A stretch of DNA of 64,000 bases, from positions 6,251-70,250 of the forward strand of contig JAVVRP010000001.1 in NCBI GenBank assembly GCA_036654655.1, written 5' to 3'. Of this stretch, positions 50,230-59,097 are shown piece by piece; the first letter of the stretch is position 1, and the number at the start of each line of letters is the position of its first letter. A model generated the notes under the pieces. It saw only the letters and a list, made by a program, of their open reading frames with translations, was not told the origin of the DNA and did not search any database. Source of the DNA: Clostridia bacterium. GTDB lineage: Bacteria > Bacillota > Clostridia > Christensenellales > UBA1242. The position numbers and the translations under genes are program-made.

Positions 50230-52863
50230 ATGAAAAAAGAAAAATATGTTTACGCATTTTCAGAAGGAAATGCAAAAATGGTTGAATTGTTGGGTGGAAA
50301 AGGTGCCAACCTTGCAGAAATGACTAATATTGGCTTGCCAGTTCCATTTGGATTTACAATTTCAACAGAGGCTTGTAATCAATATTACAATAATAATGGA
50401 AATTTGCCTGAAAATATTTTGCAAGAAATAAAAGTTGCAATTCAAAAATTAGAAAAGCAAACAGGCAAAAAGTTTGGTGATTTATCGAATCCACTTTTGG
50501 TTTCTGTTCGTTCGGGAGCAAGAGTATCAATGCCAGGAATGATGGACACAGTTTTAAATTTGGGCTTAAATGATTCTGTGGTTAACGGGTTGGCAAAACT
50601 TACAAACAACAAAAAATTTGCCTTGGATTGTTACAGAAGATTTATTCAAATGTTTTCTGATGTTGTTATGGGAATTGAAAAAAGTAATTTTGAAAAAATT
50701 ATAAGCCAAATGAAAAGCAAAAAAAACATAAAATTTGACACAGAATTTTCTGCAGAAGACATTATGGAAATGGTTAAAAAATTTAAGGCATATTATAAAG
50801 CAGAAAAGGGAGAAAACTTTCCAGAAGACCCACAAATTCAACTTTTTGAGGCAGTTAAAGCAGTGTTTCGTTCGTGGGATAATCCACGTGCAAATATATA
50901 TCGCAGAATGAACGATATATCTGCAAAGTGGGGCACGGCAGTTAATGTTCAAATGATGGTTTTTGGAAATATGGGAGAAACATCTGGAACAGGAGTTGCA
51001 TTCACTAGAAATCCGTCAACGGGTCAGAAAGAATTGTTTGGAGAATATTTAATGAATGCACAAGGCGAAGATGTTGTTGCTGGCGTAAGAACTCCAATGC
51101 CTATTAGTTCACTAGAAAAACAAAATCCAGAAATTTATAATCAATTTGTTAAAATATGCAACACACTGGAATCGCATTACAACGACATGCAGGATATGGA
51201 ATTTACAATAGAAAATGGAAAGTTGTTCATGCTTCAAACCCGAAACGGAAAAAGGACTGCAAGGGCTGCTTTAAAAATTGCTGTTGATATGGTTAATGAA
51301 AAAAAATTAACAAAGGAACAGGCACTTTTAAAAATAGATCCAAGACAACTTGATGCACTTCTTCATCCACAGTTTAAAGCGTCATCATTAAAATTGGCAA
51401 AGGTTATTGCAACAGGATTGCCAGCATCGCCGGGAGCAGGCTGTGGTAAAATTGCGCTTACTGCAAAAACAGCAGTTGCAATGAAATCTGCAAAAGAAAA
51501 AATAATTCTTGTAAGGCAAGAAACATCTCCCGAAGACATTGAGGGTATGATGGTTTCACAAGGCGTTTTAACGTCTAGGGGAGGAATGACTTCACATGCC
51601 GCTGTTGTTGCACGAGGGATGGGGACGGCTTGCGTTGCAGGTTGTGGGGCATTAACAGTTTATGAGGACAAAAAATATTGCACAATTGATGGCAAAAAAT
51701 ATTTAGAGGGCGATTATATATCTTTGGATGGTTCAACAGGTAAAGTTTATGGTGAAAAAGTTGAAACGGAACCAGCAAAATTGTCCAAAGAATTTGCAAC
51801 AATAATGGAATGGGCTGATAATGTAAGCGTTCTTAAAGTAAGAACAAATGCGGACACCCCAAAAGATGCAGAAACAGCATATAATTTTGGTGCCAAGGGT
51901 ATTGGATTATGCAGAACAGAGCATATGTTCTTTGATCCAGAACGTATCTCAAAAGTTAGAGAGATGATTGTTTCAAACACAGTTGAAAGCCGAGAAAAGG
52001 CACTTGCAAAACTTCTTCCAATGCAGAAAAAAGATTTTATAGGATTGTTTAAAGCAATGAAAGGTAATCCAGTAACAATAAGATTTTTGGATCCACCTCT
52101 TCACGAGTTTTTGCCAAACAAAGAAGTTGAGATAAAATCTTTGGCAAAAGAAATGGGGTTAACATATGAAGAACTTAAAGCCACCGTTGAAAAATTGCAT
52201 GAAGTAAATCCAATGATGGGGCATCGTGGGCTTCGTTTAGCAGTTACTTATCCAGAAATTGCAAAAATGCAAACACGTGCAGTAATTGAAGCCGCACTTG
52301 CTGTTAACAAGGAAGAAAAATATAAAATTATACCAGAAATTATGATTCCACTTACTTGTGAGAAAAAAGAATTAGAATATGTAAAAAATGTTGTAACACA
52401 AGTGGCAGATGAATTAATTGCAAAAAGTGGGCAGGAGTTAACATACAAAGTAGGCACAATGATTGAGATCCCTCGTGCAGCATTAACCGCCGACAAAATA
52501 GCGGAAGTTGCAGAGTTCTTTTCATTTGGCACAAACGACTTAACACAAATGACTTATGGATTTTCTCGAGATGATGCAGGCAAGTTTATTAATGATTATT
52601 ATGAAAAGAAAATTTTGGAGCAAGATCCATTTGCAAGATTAGATCAAATTGGCGTTGGAAAGTTAATTGAAATTGCCGTTAAACTTGGAAAGCAAACTCG
52701 TCCAGACATAAAACTGGGCATTTGCGGAGAGCATGGTGGTGATCCATCTTCAATTGAATTTTGTCATAAAAATGGATTACAATACGTTTCTTGCTCACCA
52801 TTTAGAGTTCCAATTGCAAGATTGTCCGCAGCACAAGCAGCATTAAAATTTCCCATTAAATAA
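50230..52863 (+). CDS. ppdK: pyruvate, phosphate dikinase
   Basis: 877 aa from ATG 50230. Motifs KYVYAFSEGNAKMVELLGGKGANLAEM, phospho-His motif GGMTSHAAVVARGMG, C-terminal PEP-utilising domain (GICGEHGGDP). Confidence 0.95.
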   Translation: MKKEKYVYAFSEGNAKMVELLGGKGANLAEMTNIGLPVPFGFTISTEACNQYYNNNGNLPENILQEIKVAIQKLEKQTGKKFGDLSNPLLVSVRSGARVSMPGMMDTVLNLGLNDSVVNGLAKLTNNKKFALDCYRRFIQMFSDVVMGIEKSNFEKIISQMKSKKNIKFDTEFSAEDIMEMVKKFKAYYKAEKGENFPEDPQIQLFEAVKAVFRSWDNPRANIYRRMNDISAKWGTAVNVQMMVFGNMGETSGTGVAFTRNPSTGQKELFGEYLMNAQGEDVVAGVRTPMPISSLEKQNPEIYNQFVKICNTLESHYNDMQDMEFTIENGKLFMLQTRNGKRTARAALKIAVDMVNEKKLTKEQALLKIDPRQLDALLHPQFKASSLKLAKVIATGLPASPGAGCGKIALTAKTAVAMKSAKEKIILVRQETSPEDIEGMMVSQGVLTSRGGMTSHAAVVARGMGTACVAGCGALTVYEDKKYCTIDGKKYLEGDYISLDGSTGKVYGEKVETEPAKLSKEFATIMEWADNVSVLKVRTNADTPKDAETAYNFGAKGIGLCRTEHMFFDPERISKVREMIVSNTVESREKALAKLLPMQKKDFIGLFKAMKGNPVTIRFLDPPLHEFLPNKEVEIKSLAKEMGLTYEELKATVEKLHEVNPMMGHRGLRLAVTYPEIAKMQTRAVIEAALAVNKEEKYKIIPEIMIPLTCEKKELEYVKNVVTQVADELIAKSGQELTYKVGTMIEIPRAALTADKIAEVAEFFSFGTNDLTQMTYGFSRDDAGKFINDYYEKKILEQDPFARLDQIGVGKLIEIAVKLGKQTRPDIKLGICGEHGGDPSSIEFCHKNGLQYVSCSPFRVPIARLSAAQAALKFPIK

Positions 52864-53206
52864 GTAATTATTTTTTAAAGTCAATATCAAATATTTAAAA
52901 AATGTATAAAATATAAATTAAGGATTTAAGCAAAATAACTTTAAAACGTTACTAGCAAAAATTCTTTTTTTATTTTAAAATTTAAGCGAAATTTATTTTA
53001 AAAGTTTGATAAGGGTTAAATATTAATCAGAATAATAAAATTTTCATAAAAATTAAGTAACAATTAATTTATATTTATTAAAAATTGGCAAAAAAATAAA
53101 CTAAAAACTTAAATTTGCAAACCAATAATTGTAAAAAATAATTAAAAAAATCTAGTAAAAAAATAAATTGTAATTAATTTGTTAATAATTTTAGTTGCAA
53201 AAATGA

Positions 53207-53235
53207 TTGACAACATTTATAATTTTTGATATTAT
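53207..53235 (+). promoter_or_regulatory. strong sigma-A-type promoter with no obvious cognate gene
   Basis: TTGACA (53207-53212), 17 nt, extended -10 TGaTATTAT (53227-53235), preceded by phased A-tracts. The nearest downstream feature is tRNA-Thr, about 290 nt away. Confidence 0.5.
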
Positions 53236-53527
53236 AATAATGCATTTAAGTTAGTTGTAAAACTGGTTTAAAAAATGATAAACGTGGGGAGGCGTAGTTT
53301 GCAAATTATATTTTTATAAACTTAAATAAGTATGCTGGCATTATAAAATAAAAAAGCAAAAACTTGCTTAAAAAAATATAATTAAACGAAGTTAACTTTA
53401 AAAATCAGAATTGCAACTATAATATTTTGTTTGTATGTTGAACCCGTTGTTATTAATTGTTTTTATTAATTCTAAAAATGCAAAAAAGTATTACAATTCA
53501 AAAAATAGTACAAAACATCTAATTTAT

Positions 53528-53602
53528 GCTGGTGTGGCTTAGCGGTATAGCACCGCCTTGGTAAGGCGGAGATCGCGGTTTCAACTACCGCCACCAGCTC
53601 CA
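53528..53602 (+). tRNA. tRNA-Thr (anticodon GGT)
   Basis: Acceptor gctggtg/caccagc, anticodon stem cgcc/ggcg with loop tTGGTAa, T-arm gcggtTTCAACTaccgc, encoded CCA. Confidence 0.85.
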
Positions 53603-53625
53603 AGATATAATAAATCTTACAGTAT

Positions 53626-53650
53626 AAAAAGTGCCTAAAAGCACTTTTTT
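53626..53650 (+). terminator. rho-independent terminator after tRNA-Thr
   Basis: aaaagtgc / gcactttt stem with a 6-nt loop, followed by a T-run. Confidence 0.75.
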
Positions 53651-53670
53651 ATATTTCAAAATCACTCAAA

Positions 53671-53794
53671 TTTAGTACTTTTTACTAAAACTGCGACTAA
53701 TTTTATGGCACAAAAAAGACAGAAAGTTCATTTTTAGTACTTTTTACTAAAACTGCGACCAATTTTATGGTACAAAAAAGACCGAAAGTTCATT
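53671..53794 (+). repeat. 62-bp direct tandem repeat, two copies (59/62 identical), each containing a TTAGTA-N5-TACTAA palindrome
   Basis: Copy 1 is 53671-53732 and copy 2 is 53733-53794. They differ at 3 positions (T/C, C/T, A/C). Palindromes lie at 53672-53688 and 53734-53750. Confidence 0.9.
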
Positions 53795-53945
53795 ACAAAC
53801 CTTTGATCTTTTTCAATAATTTATTTGAAATTATGTTGTATTATAAAATTAATTGTGCTATACTTTTAAAAAAATAGAGAGCATGAAATTGCGGATATTT
53901 TGGCAAAAAATTGGAAATAAAAAACAAAGTAGGAAAAATAACAAA

Positions 53946-55679
53946 ATGACATTAGCACAGTTTTTTAACAATCTGGGTTTATCAAAACAGCAAGTGGAAT
54001 ATGTTTTGCAATCACACTATAACTCATTTAATGCTAATGTTGAAACATTGCAAAAAAAGGTTGAATTTTATAAAAAAACATTTAATCTTACAAATGAAGA
54101 ATTTAACAAAATTTTTGTAAGTTTGCCTGCTTTGCTTAATCGTGCGGAGTCCACAGTTTTATTAATTATAAAATTTTATAAAGAAAAACTAAAAATAACT
54201 GATGCAGAATTTAACAAGATGTTTATTTTGTATCCATCTTTGTTAACACATTCAAAAGAAGGGCTAGAAAATAAACTTATTTTTTATAAAAATCAGTTTG
54301 AATTAAACGAAGCCCAACTCCAAAAATTAATAGTTGGTTTTCCAAACTTATTAAATTATGCTATAAATGGAGTTGTTGAAAAAATCTTATTTTATAAAAA
54401 TCTTTTAAATTTATCTATAAAAGAAGTTAATAATTTACTTGTTTTAAACACAAGGCTAATTGGATTTTCGCAAGAAAGTGTATTAAATAAAATAGATTTT
54501 TATAAAAAAACATTTAATTTAAATAATGACCAATTTAAAAAAATATTAACAGTCCAACCAGCCCTTCTTAATTATGCAGAAGAAAGCATACAAGGAAAAG
54601 TTAATTTTTATAAATCAACATACAAAATAAATGATGAGGAATTTAAAAAAGTTTTTTTAGCCCAACCAGCCATACTTGGGTACGCAGAATGTTCGGTTTT
54701 AGAAAAAAATGCCACATACAAAAAACTTTTTTGCTTGAATGATAAGGATTTAAAAAAAATATTTTTAATTTTGCCATCAATTTTATGTTTTTCTAATGAG
54801 GGACTTAATGAAAAATACAAACTTATTGCAAATTTAATAAATTTGAGCGAGCAAGAACTAGCAAAAATTTTTACAAACCAGCCAACAATAATTTGCCACT
54901 CAAATCAAAGTATTGTTAACAAAATTAAATTTTATAAAAGCACATTTAAAATGAGTGACCAGCAATTTAAACATGCATTTGTTTCTCAGCCATCAATTAT
55001 TAGTTTTGCAGAAAAAAGCGTATTGCAAAAAGCGGACTTTTACACAAAAATTTTTATGCTAAGCGAAAATGAATTAATAAATGCCATTGTAACTCAACCA
55101 GGACTTTTATGTTTTGCTGAGGAAAGCGTAAAAGCAAAAATCAAACTTTATGCGGAAACATTTGGGCTAAGCGAAAAGGAAATAAAAAAAGTTTTTTTAC
55201 AAATGCCAACCATGTTATGTTTGGCAGAAAAAAGCGTGATTGCAAAAAAGAAAGCATTAGACGAAGTTGGAATTACAAAAAAAGAAATTGTTGATAATTT
55301 TGTTATGATTGTAACGCCATCAAATAAATTGAAAATAAGGTTTATGTTATTAGCAAGTAATTTTGGGCGAGAGCAGGTTATTGATTCGAAAAGATGGTTT
55401 ATGACAGGCGAGCAAAAGGTTTACGCAAGGTTGTTTTTTTTAAAAGAAAACAACAAAAAATTTACCTTGACGCAGTTGTTGTATGATGAAAAACGCTTTA
55501 TCTCAAAGTACAAAATTTCAAATGACGAACTTGTTAAAAAATATCCAATAACCAATTGTTCATTAAAGGAAATAGAGCAAGGCTACAAACAAAAATTTGC
55601 AGGTTCTGCAATAAGTTTAAATGATTATGTTTTAGAAGACAAAATGGAGAATGAAAAATGTCAAGCGTTGAATTTATAA
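53946..55679 (+). CDS. mTERF-like repeat protein (11 tandem 36-aa helical repeats)
   Basis: The ORF is open from 53853. ATG 53946 (MTLAQFF...) is favoured because a TTGTAT-17-TGcTATACT promoter ends near 53872; ATG 53883 is the alternative. Repeat consensus: (V/I)xFYKxxFxLxxxEFxKxFxxxPxLLxYAExSVxxK. Confidence 0.7.
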   Translation: MTLAQFFNNLGLSKQQVEYVLQSHYNSFNANVETLQKKVEFYKKTFNLTNEEFNKIFVSLPALLNRAESTVLLIIKFYKEKLKITDAEFNKMFILYPSLLTHSKEGLENKLIFYKNQFELNEAQLQKLIVGFPNLLNYAINGVVEKILFYKNLLNLSIKEVNNLLVLNTRLIGFSQESVLNKIDFYKKTFNLNNDQFKKILTVQPALLNYAEESIQGKVNFYKSTYKINDEEFKKVFLAQPAILGYAECSVLEKNATYKKLFCLNDKDLKKIFLILPSILCFSNEGLNEKYKLIANLINLSEQELAKIFTNQPTIICHSNQSIVNKIKFYKSTFKMSDQQFKHAFVSQPSIISFAEKSVLQKADFYTKIFMLSENELINAIVTQPGLLCFAEESVKAKIKLYAETFGLSEKEIKKVFLQMPTMLCLAEKSVIAKKKALDEVGITKKEIVDNFVMIVTPSNKLKIRFMLLASNFGREQVIDSKRWFMTGEQKVYARLFFLKENNKKFTLTQLLYDEKRFISKYKISNDELVKKYPITNCSLKEIEQGYKQKFAGSAISLNDYVLEDKMENEKCQALNL

Positions 55680-55948
55680 AAAACACTTTTGGAATTGATA
55701 ACGAAACCATAATGAATATGATTAATATTTGTGAAGGGATTTTAATTATCGATAAAGATAGAATTTTGCAAAATGCTAAAACATTAATTGAATTTGGCTA
55801 TCCCAAAAATGAACTTGGCATGCTTTTTTCAGTTAATCCTGCTGTTTTGTGCTATGATTACAAAGAATTAACTGCAAAACTTAAACAAGTGATAAAAAAT
55901 AATAATAATTTAGAAGAATTGTTAAAAAATAATCCTTTTTTAATATAA
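55658..55948 (+). CDS. small mTERF-like protein (96 aa, about two repeat units)
   Basis: GGAGAA RBS. The start overlaps the upstream stop by 22 nt. It contains VEFIKNTFGIDNETIMNMINICEGILIIDKDRILQNAKTLIEFGYPKNELGMLFSVNPAVLCYDYKELTAKLK. Confidence 0.6.
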   Translation: MSSVEFIKNTFGIDNETIMNMINICEGILIIDKDRILQNAKTLIEFGYPKNELGMLFSVNPAVLCYDYKELTAKLKQVIKNNNNLEELLKNNPFLI

Positions 55949-56167
55949 TTATTGTTCTTTTTTTAATTTTTTTAACCGATTATTTATTTCAGTTATTTGG
56001 ACATTATTATTTTTAAATTCATCATAAAGTTTAACAAGATTTTCATTATTTTCGTTAATAGTTTTAGGTTCAATTTTGCAAAGTTTTTCACACAAAATTT
56101 TATATTCAGATGATTTAGTTTCAAGTTCATTTACAAGTTTTTCAAGTTCATTTTGTTTAACTTTCAT
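55949..56167 (-). CDS. small coiled-coil protein (72 aa), function unknown
   Basis: Heptad-like K/E/N/L-rich sequence with an AGGAG-containing leader (aaggagtaaataataaaATG). Its stop codon directly abuts the stop of the convergent 96-aa gene. Confidence 0.5.
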   Translation of the reverse strand: MKVKQNELEKLVNELETKSSEYKILCEKLCKIEPKTINENNENLVKLYDEFKNNNVQITEINNRLKKLKKEQ

Positions 56168-56205
56168 TTTATTATTTACTCCTTAATTCTATTTTAATTT
56201 TTTGT

Positions 56206-57222
56206 TTATTTTTTACAACACTGAGCAACGGTTTTAATAATTATTTCATCCAAATTGTCTGCGGATTTAAAGCCGAGTTTTAAATAATTAAGTTCTTTTT
56301 GAGTTGGAGTGGGATCAATAAAAAACTTTTTACACAAAATTTGCGTCATAAGTTTTGGAATGTTTAATCCACTTTCAAGATTTTTTGATTTTTCTTTATT
56401 AACCAATTTTTTTGTTCCAAGCGCACATAAAAAGGCGGGGACGCCAACAAACTTTCGGTCAGGGCTAATTTGTTTAAGCATGGTTAAAATTAAATCTTTA
56501 AACATCATGTTTTTGTTTCCAACTGGATAGCATATTTTATTTTTTCCATAAAATGCTGTTGCCACAACTGCTTTTGAAACATCACTAACATCAACAACAG
56601 CAGTTCCGCCATTATTTGGGAACATAATGTTTTTCATCGAATTAAATCTGTCCAAAAAATGTTCTTTCCAAAGGGGTTTGCGATTTGGCATTGTTCCAAA
56701 AATATACGGAAGTTGTAAAATCATAATGCTAAATTTGCTATCGCCAAGTTTGATTAATTGTTTTTCTTGTTCTGCCCTTGCTTTAATATATGGATGAAAT
56801 TTAGATAACTCGCCGTTTTCTTTTTTGTCAAACAAAGTGAAATAAGATCCAAGTATTATACAGCGTTTAATATTTGCCTTTTTTGCACATTCGCAAATTC
56901 TTTTGCACTGAACAACCAATTTTTCGTAAAAAAATGGATAAGCAGGGGCTTTTGGAACAACCCTATCATCTGGGCCAAGTGCATAAACAAAAACATCATA
57001 CAAACGCACGGAAAACATCTTTTCTAGTTCTTCGTTGGTCATTTCAAACAAATTTCCAGTTTGCAACCCAATTTCTTTTGGGAACCAGTTGTCAAGATTA
57101 ATTTCGTTGGGCAAAGCAATTGTGTCCACATTTATTTTTAATTTTAAAAATTCCAGTGCAGAGTGATATCCCAAAAAGCCTGTGCCACCAGCAATAAAAA
57201 CATTTTCAATTTCTTTATTCAA
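56206..57222 (-). CDS. NAD(P)-dependent epimerase/dehydratase family protein
   Basis: 338 aa with an N-terminal Rossmann motif VFIAGGTGFLGYH. SDR-extended-like length. Confidence 0.75.
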   Translation of the reverse strand: MNKEIENVFIAGGTGFLGYHSALEFLKLKINVDTIALPNEINLDNWFPKEIGLQTGNLFEMTNEELEKMFSVRLYDVFVYALGPDDRVVPKAPAYPFFYEKLVVQCKRICECAKKANIKRCIILGSYFTLFDKKENGELSKFHPYIKARAEQEKQLIKLGDSKFSIMILQLPYIFGTMPNRKPLWKEHFLDRFNSMKNIMFPNNGGTAVVDVSDVSKAVVATAFYGKNKICYPVGNKNMMFKDLILTMLKQISPDRKFVGVPAFLCALGTKKLVNKEKSKNLESGLNIPKLMTQILCKKFFIDPTPTQKELNYLKLGFKSADNLDEIIIKTVAQCCKK

Positions 57223-57290
57223 TTTGTCTCCTAAAAGTAAATTTTAATTAGTATATAACTATTTAATAAAATAATACAATTAGTTTTAAC

Positions 57291-58589
57291 CTAGTAAATT
57301 TTGTGTTTTAATAATTTTGCGTTACAAATAATTTCTTTTTTAATATTTTTAATTTTTAAATTTGCATTTTTAATATCTTTTTTTTGTGCTGTTTTTATCA
57401 GTGTTTTTATTTTATATTCACTTAATTGATTAATTGTTTTTTCGTCATAATATATTGAATTGTTAAATGAATACATAAAGTCGCAAATATTTTTCAATGC
57501 ATTTGGTTTTTTTATCTTTTCAATATTGCTTCTTAATGTGTCAAGTTTGTTTGGAAATAAAATAAGTTGTTGAATAATATCTTCCAATTTGTTGTTTTTA
57601 TCAATTGTTAAACATGCGTTATTTTTTTGTAAAAATCTTACATTTCCAAGTTCTTGCCTTGTAAGTTTTGAAATTGAAATTAATGGTAGTTTTTTACACA
57701 AAGTTTCGGTTGAACTTATTCCTCCGCATTTTCCAACCATGCAATCGCTTGCTGTCATATAGTCTTGAATGTTGGATACAAAACCTAAATTATGAAAAAT
57801 GTGGCTACTTTTGTTTTTTGCAATAAAGGAATCAATTTTTTTCTTGCTATGTTCATCTTTTCCATTAATTGAAATTATTTGAATTGGCACATTAACTTTT
57901 GTTAGTGATAAAAATAACTTAATCATTCCACCAAATCCACCACCGCCAGTCATAAGCATAACAGTAAACATATTTTGTTTAAGTCCCAATTTTTGTATTG
58001 TTTCAGTTTTATTTGTTTCAAATAAAAAATTTTCCTTTACTGGCAAGCCAAAACATTTAATCTGCTCTTTTTTAAACCCCTTTTTAATTAAAATTGTTTC
58101 GGCATCTTCACAAGGTGTAAAAATATAATCTATGTTAGTTGCAGATTCATAAAATGGGTGAGGTTCGTAATCGGTTAAAATTGCGCCAACTTTTGCGTCT
58201 ATTTTAAAAATTTTTTTTAAATTTGTTAAGGCTATTGCTCCATATAAATGCGATGTAACAATTATGTCCGGTTTAAAATTATAAATTTGTTTAAGCAAAA
58301 AGGGAAGTTCATTTTTAACTGCAAGTTGAACAGGAGTTGTTTCTCTTTTGTTTGGATCCCGATTTGCTATGTAATTGTAAATTTTGTTATAAGCCCCAAG
58401 AGCATATTTACATGACGCTCTGTAAGCGTTATCAAAAATGAAACATTTAAATTTATTTCCACATTCTTTATATATGTCTAACAATTTTACTTCTGTGTTA
58501 GCATATGTTTTAAACTTATCTGCCAGTGCTTTTGCCACTGAATTGTGACCTTCACCAGCGGTTACAGTTAGTATAAGAATTTTTTTCAT
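57291..58589 (-). CDS. glycosyltransferase, MGDG synthase/UgtP-like (diacylglycerol glycosyltransferase family GT28)
   Basis: 432 aa. The N-terminus MKKILILTVTAGEGHNSVAKAL is typical of UgtP/MGDG-synthase N-domains. Central GGGGFG and C-terminal GKCGGISSTE nucleotide-sugar-binding-like motifs. Confidence 0.7.
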   Translation of the reverse strand: MKKILILTVTAGEGHNSVAKALADKFKTYANTEVKLLDIYKECGNKFKCFIFDNAYRASCKYALGAYNKIYNYIANRDPNKRETTPVQLAVKNELPFLLKQIYNFKPDIIVTSHLYGAIALTNLKKIFKIDAKVGAILTDYEPHPFYESATNIDYIFTPCEDAETILIKKGFKKEQIKCFGLPVKENFLFETNKTETIQKLGLKQNMFTVMLMTGGGGFGGMIKLFLSLTKVNVPIQIISINGKDEHSKKKIDSFIAKNKSSHIFHNLGFVSNIQDYMTASDCMVGKCGGISSTETLCKKLPLISISKLTRQELGNVRFLQKNNACLTIDKNNKLEDIIQQLILFPNKLDTLRSNIEKIKKPNALKNICDFMYSFNNSIYYDEKTINQLSEYKIKTLIKTAQKKDIKNANLKIKNIKKEIICNAKLLKHKIY

Positions 58590-58680
58590 TGCTTCTCCAT
58601 TTTTTAATACATTGTAGCCAATTATTTATGAATAAGCAAACATTTTACATTAAAAACTAAAAATAAACAATTATTGTTTT

Positions 58681-58721
58681 AAAAATAAAAACACAGTTTA
58701 AAACAAATGCTTTAAACTGCG
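58681..58721 (-). terminator. hairpin terminator downstream of the 90-aa gene
   Basis: cagtttaaa / tttaaactg 9-bp stem. On the - strand it is followed by a T-rich tract (gtgtttttatttt). Confidence 0.65.
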
Positions 58722-58746
58722 TTTTATCATTACAAAATAATGTATT

Positions 58747-59019
58747 TTAAGGCTTTATAGTTTTTGAAAACAAACTGAGTTTATTTTGTAAAATCATTTC
58801 TAAATTAGAAATTGAATTTACCATGCTTTGTACAGATGAGTTAACGGCAAGAAGTTGTTCTGGGGTTACGCCTGGAATAGCAAGCATTGCTTGAATTTTT
58901 TCACCTTCTGCATTCAAAATGTGTGAAAGCCCAGTTTCTTGCAAAGCAACAGATTCAATTAAATCGTTTATTGCTTGCTCGGTGGTTGTTGTGCCTGGCA
59001 CAATTACTGGCATTGACAT
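58747..59019 (-). CDS. small protein (90 aa) with conserved ETGLSHILNAEGEKIQ domain; paralog of the N-terminus of the next gene
   Basis: AAGGAGA RBS, then ATG at 59019 (MSMPVIVPG...); the track ORF starts at 59067. It aligns with 59098..59676 over about 65 aa (LIESVALQETGLSHILNAEGEKIQ...SVQSMVNSISNLEMILQNKL). Confidence 0.65.
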   Translation of the reverse strand: MSMPVIVPGTTTTEQAINDLIESVALQETGLSHILNAEGEKIQAMLAIPGVTPEQLLAVNSSVQSMVNSISNLEMILQNKLSLFSKTIKP

Positions 59020-59097
59020 GTTTTTTCTCCTTTTATGTTTTATAAGAGTTAGTTCTCTCTGATACATGTTATGTTGTTTTATAAAAAGTGTGAAAAA

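Noticed and set aside
52864-53527. Replication origin (oriC) in the AT-rich gene-less tract
   Set aside because: I found no DnaA-box-like TTATCCACA/TGTGGATAA motifs by eye. dnaA/dnaN are not adjacent, and the topoisomerase pair elsewhere in the window is ParEC-like rather than origin-linked gyrBA.
53671-53794. Possible CRISPR array or att-site duplication next to tRNA-Thr
   Set aside because: There are only two directly abutting 62-bp copies with no spacers, so it is not CRISPR. The repeat shares no sequence with the tRNA 3' end. No integrase, recombinase or phage genes are nearby, so an integrated-element att duplication is not supported.
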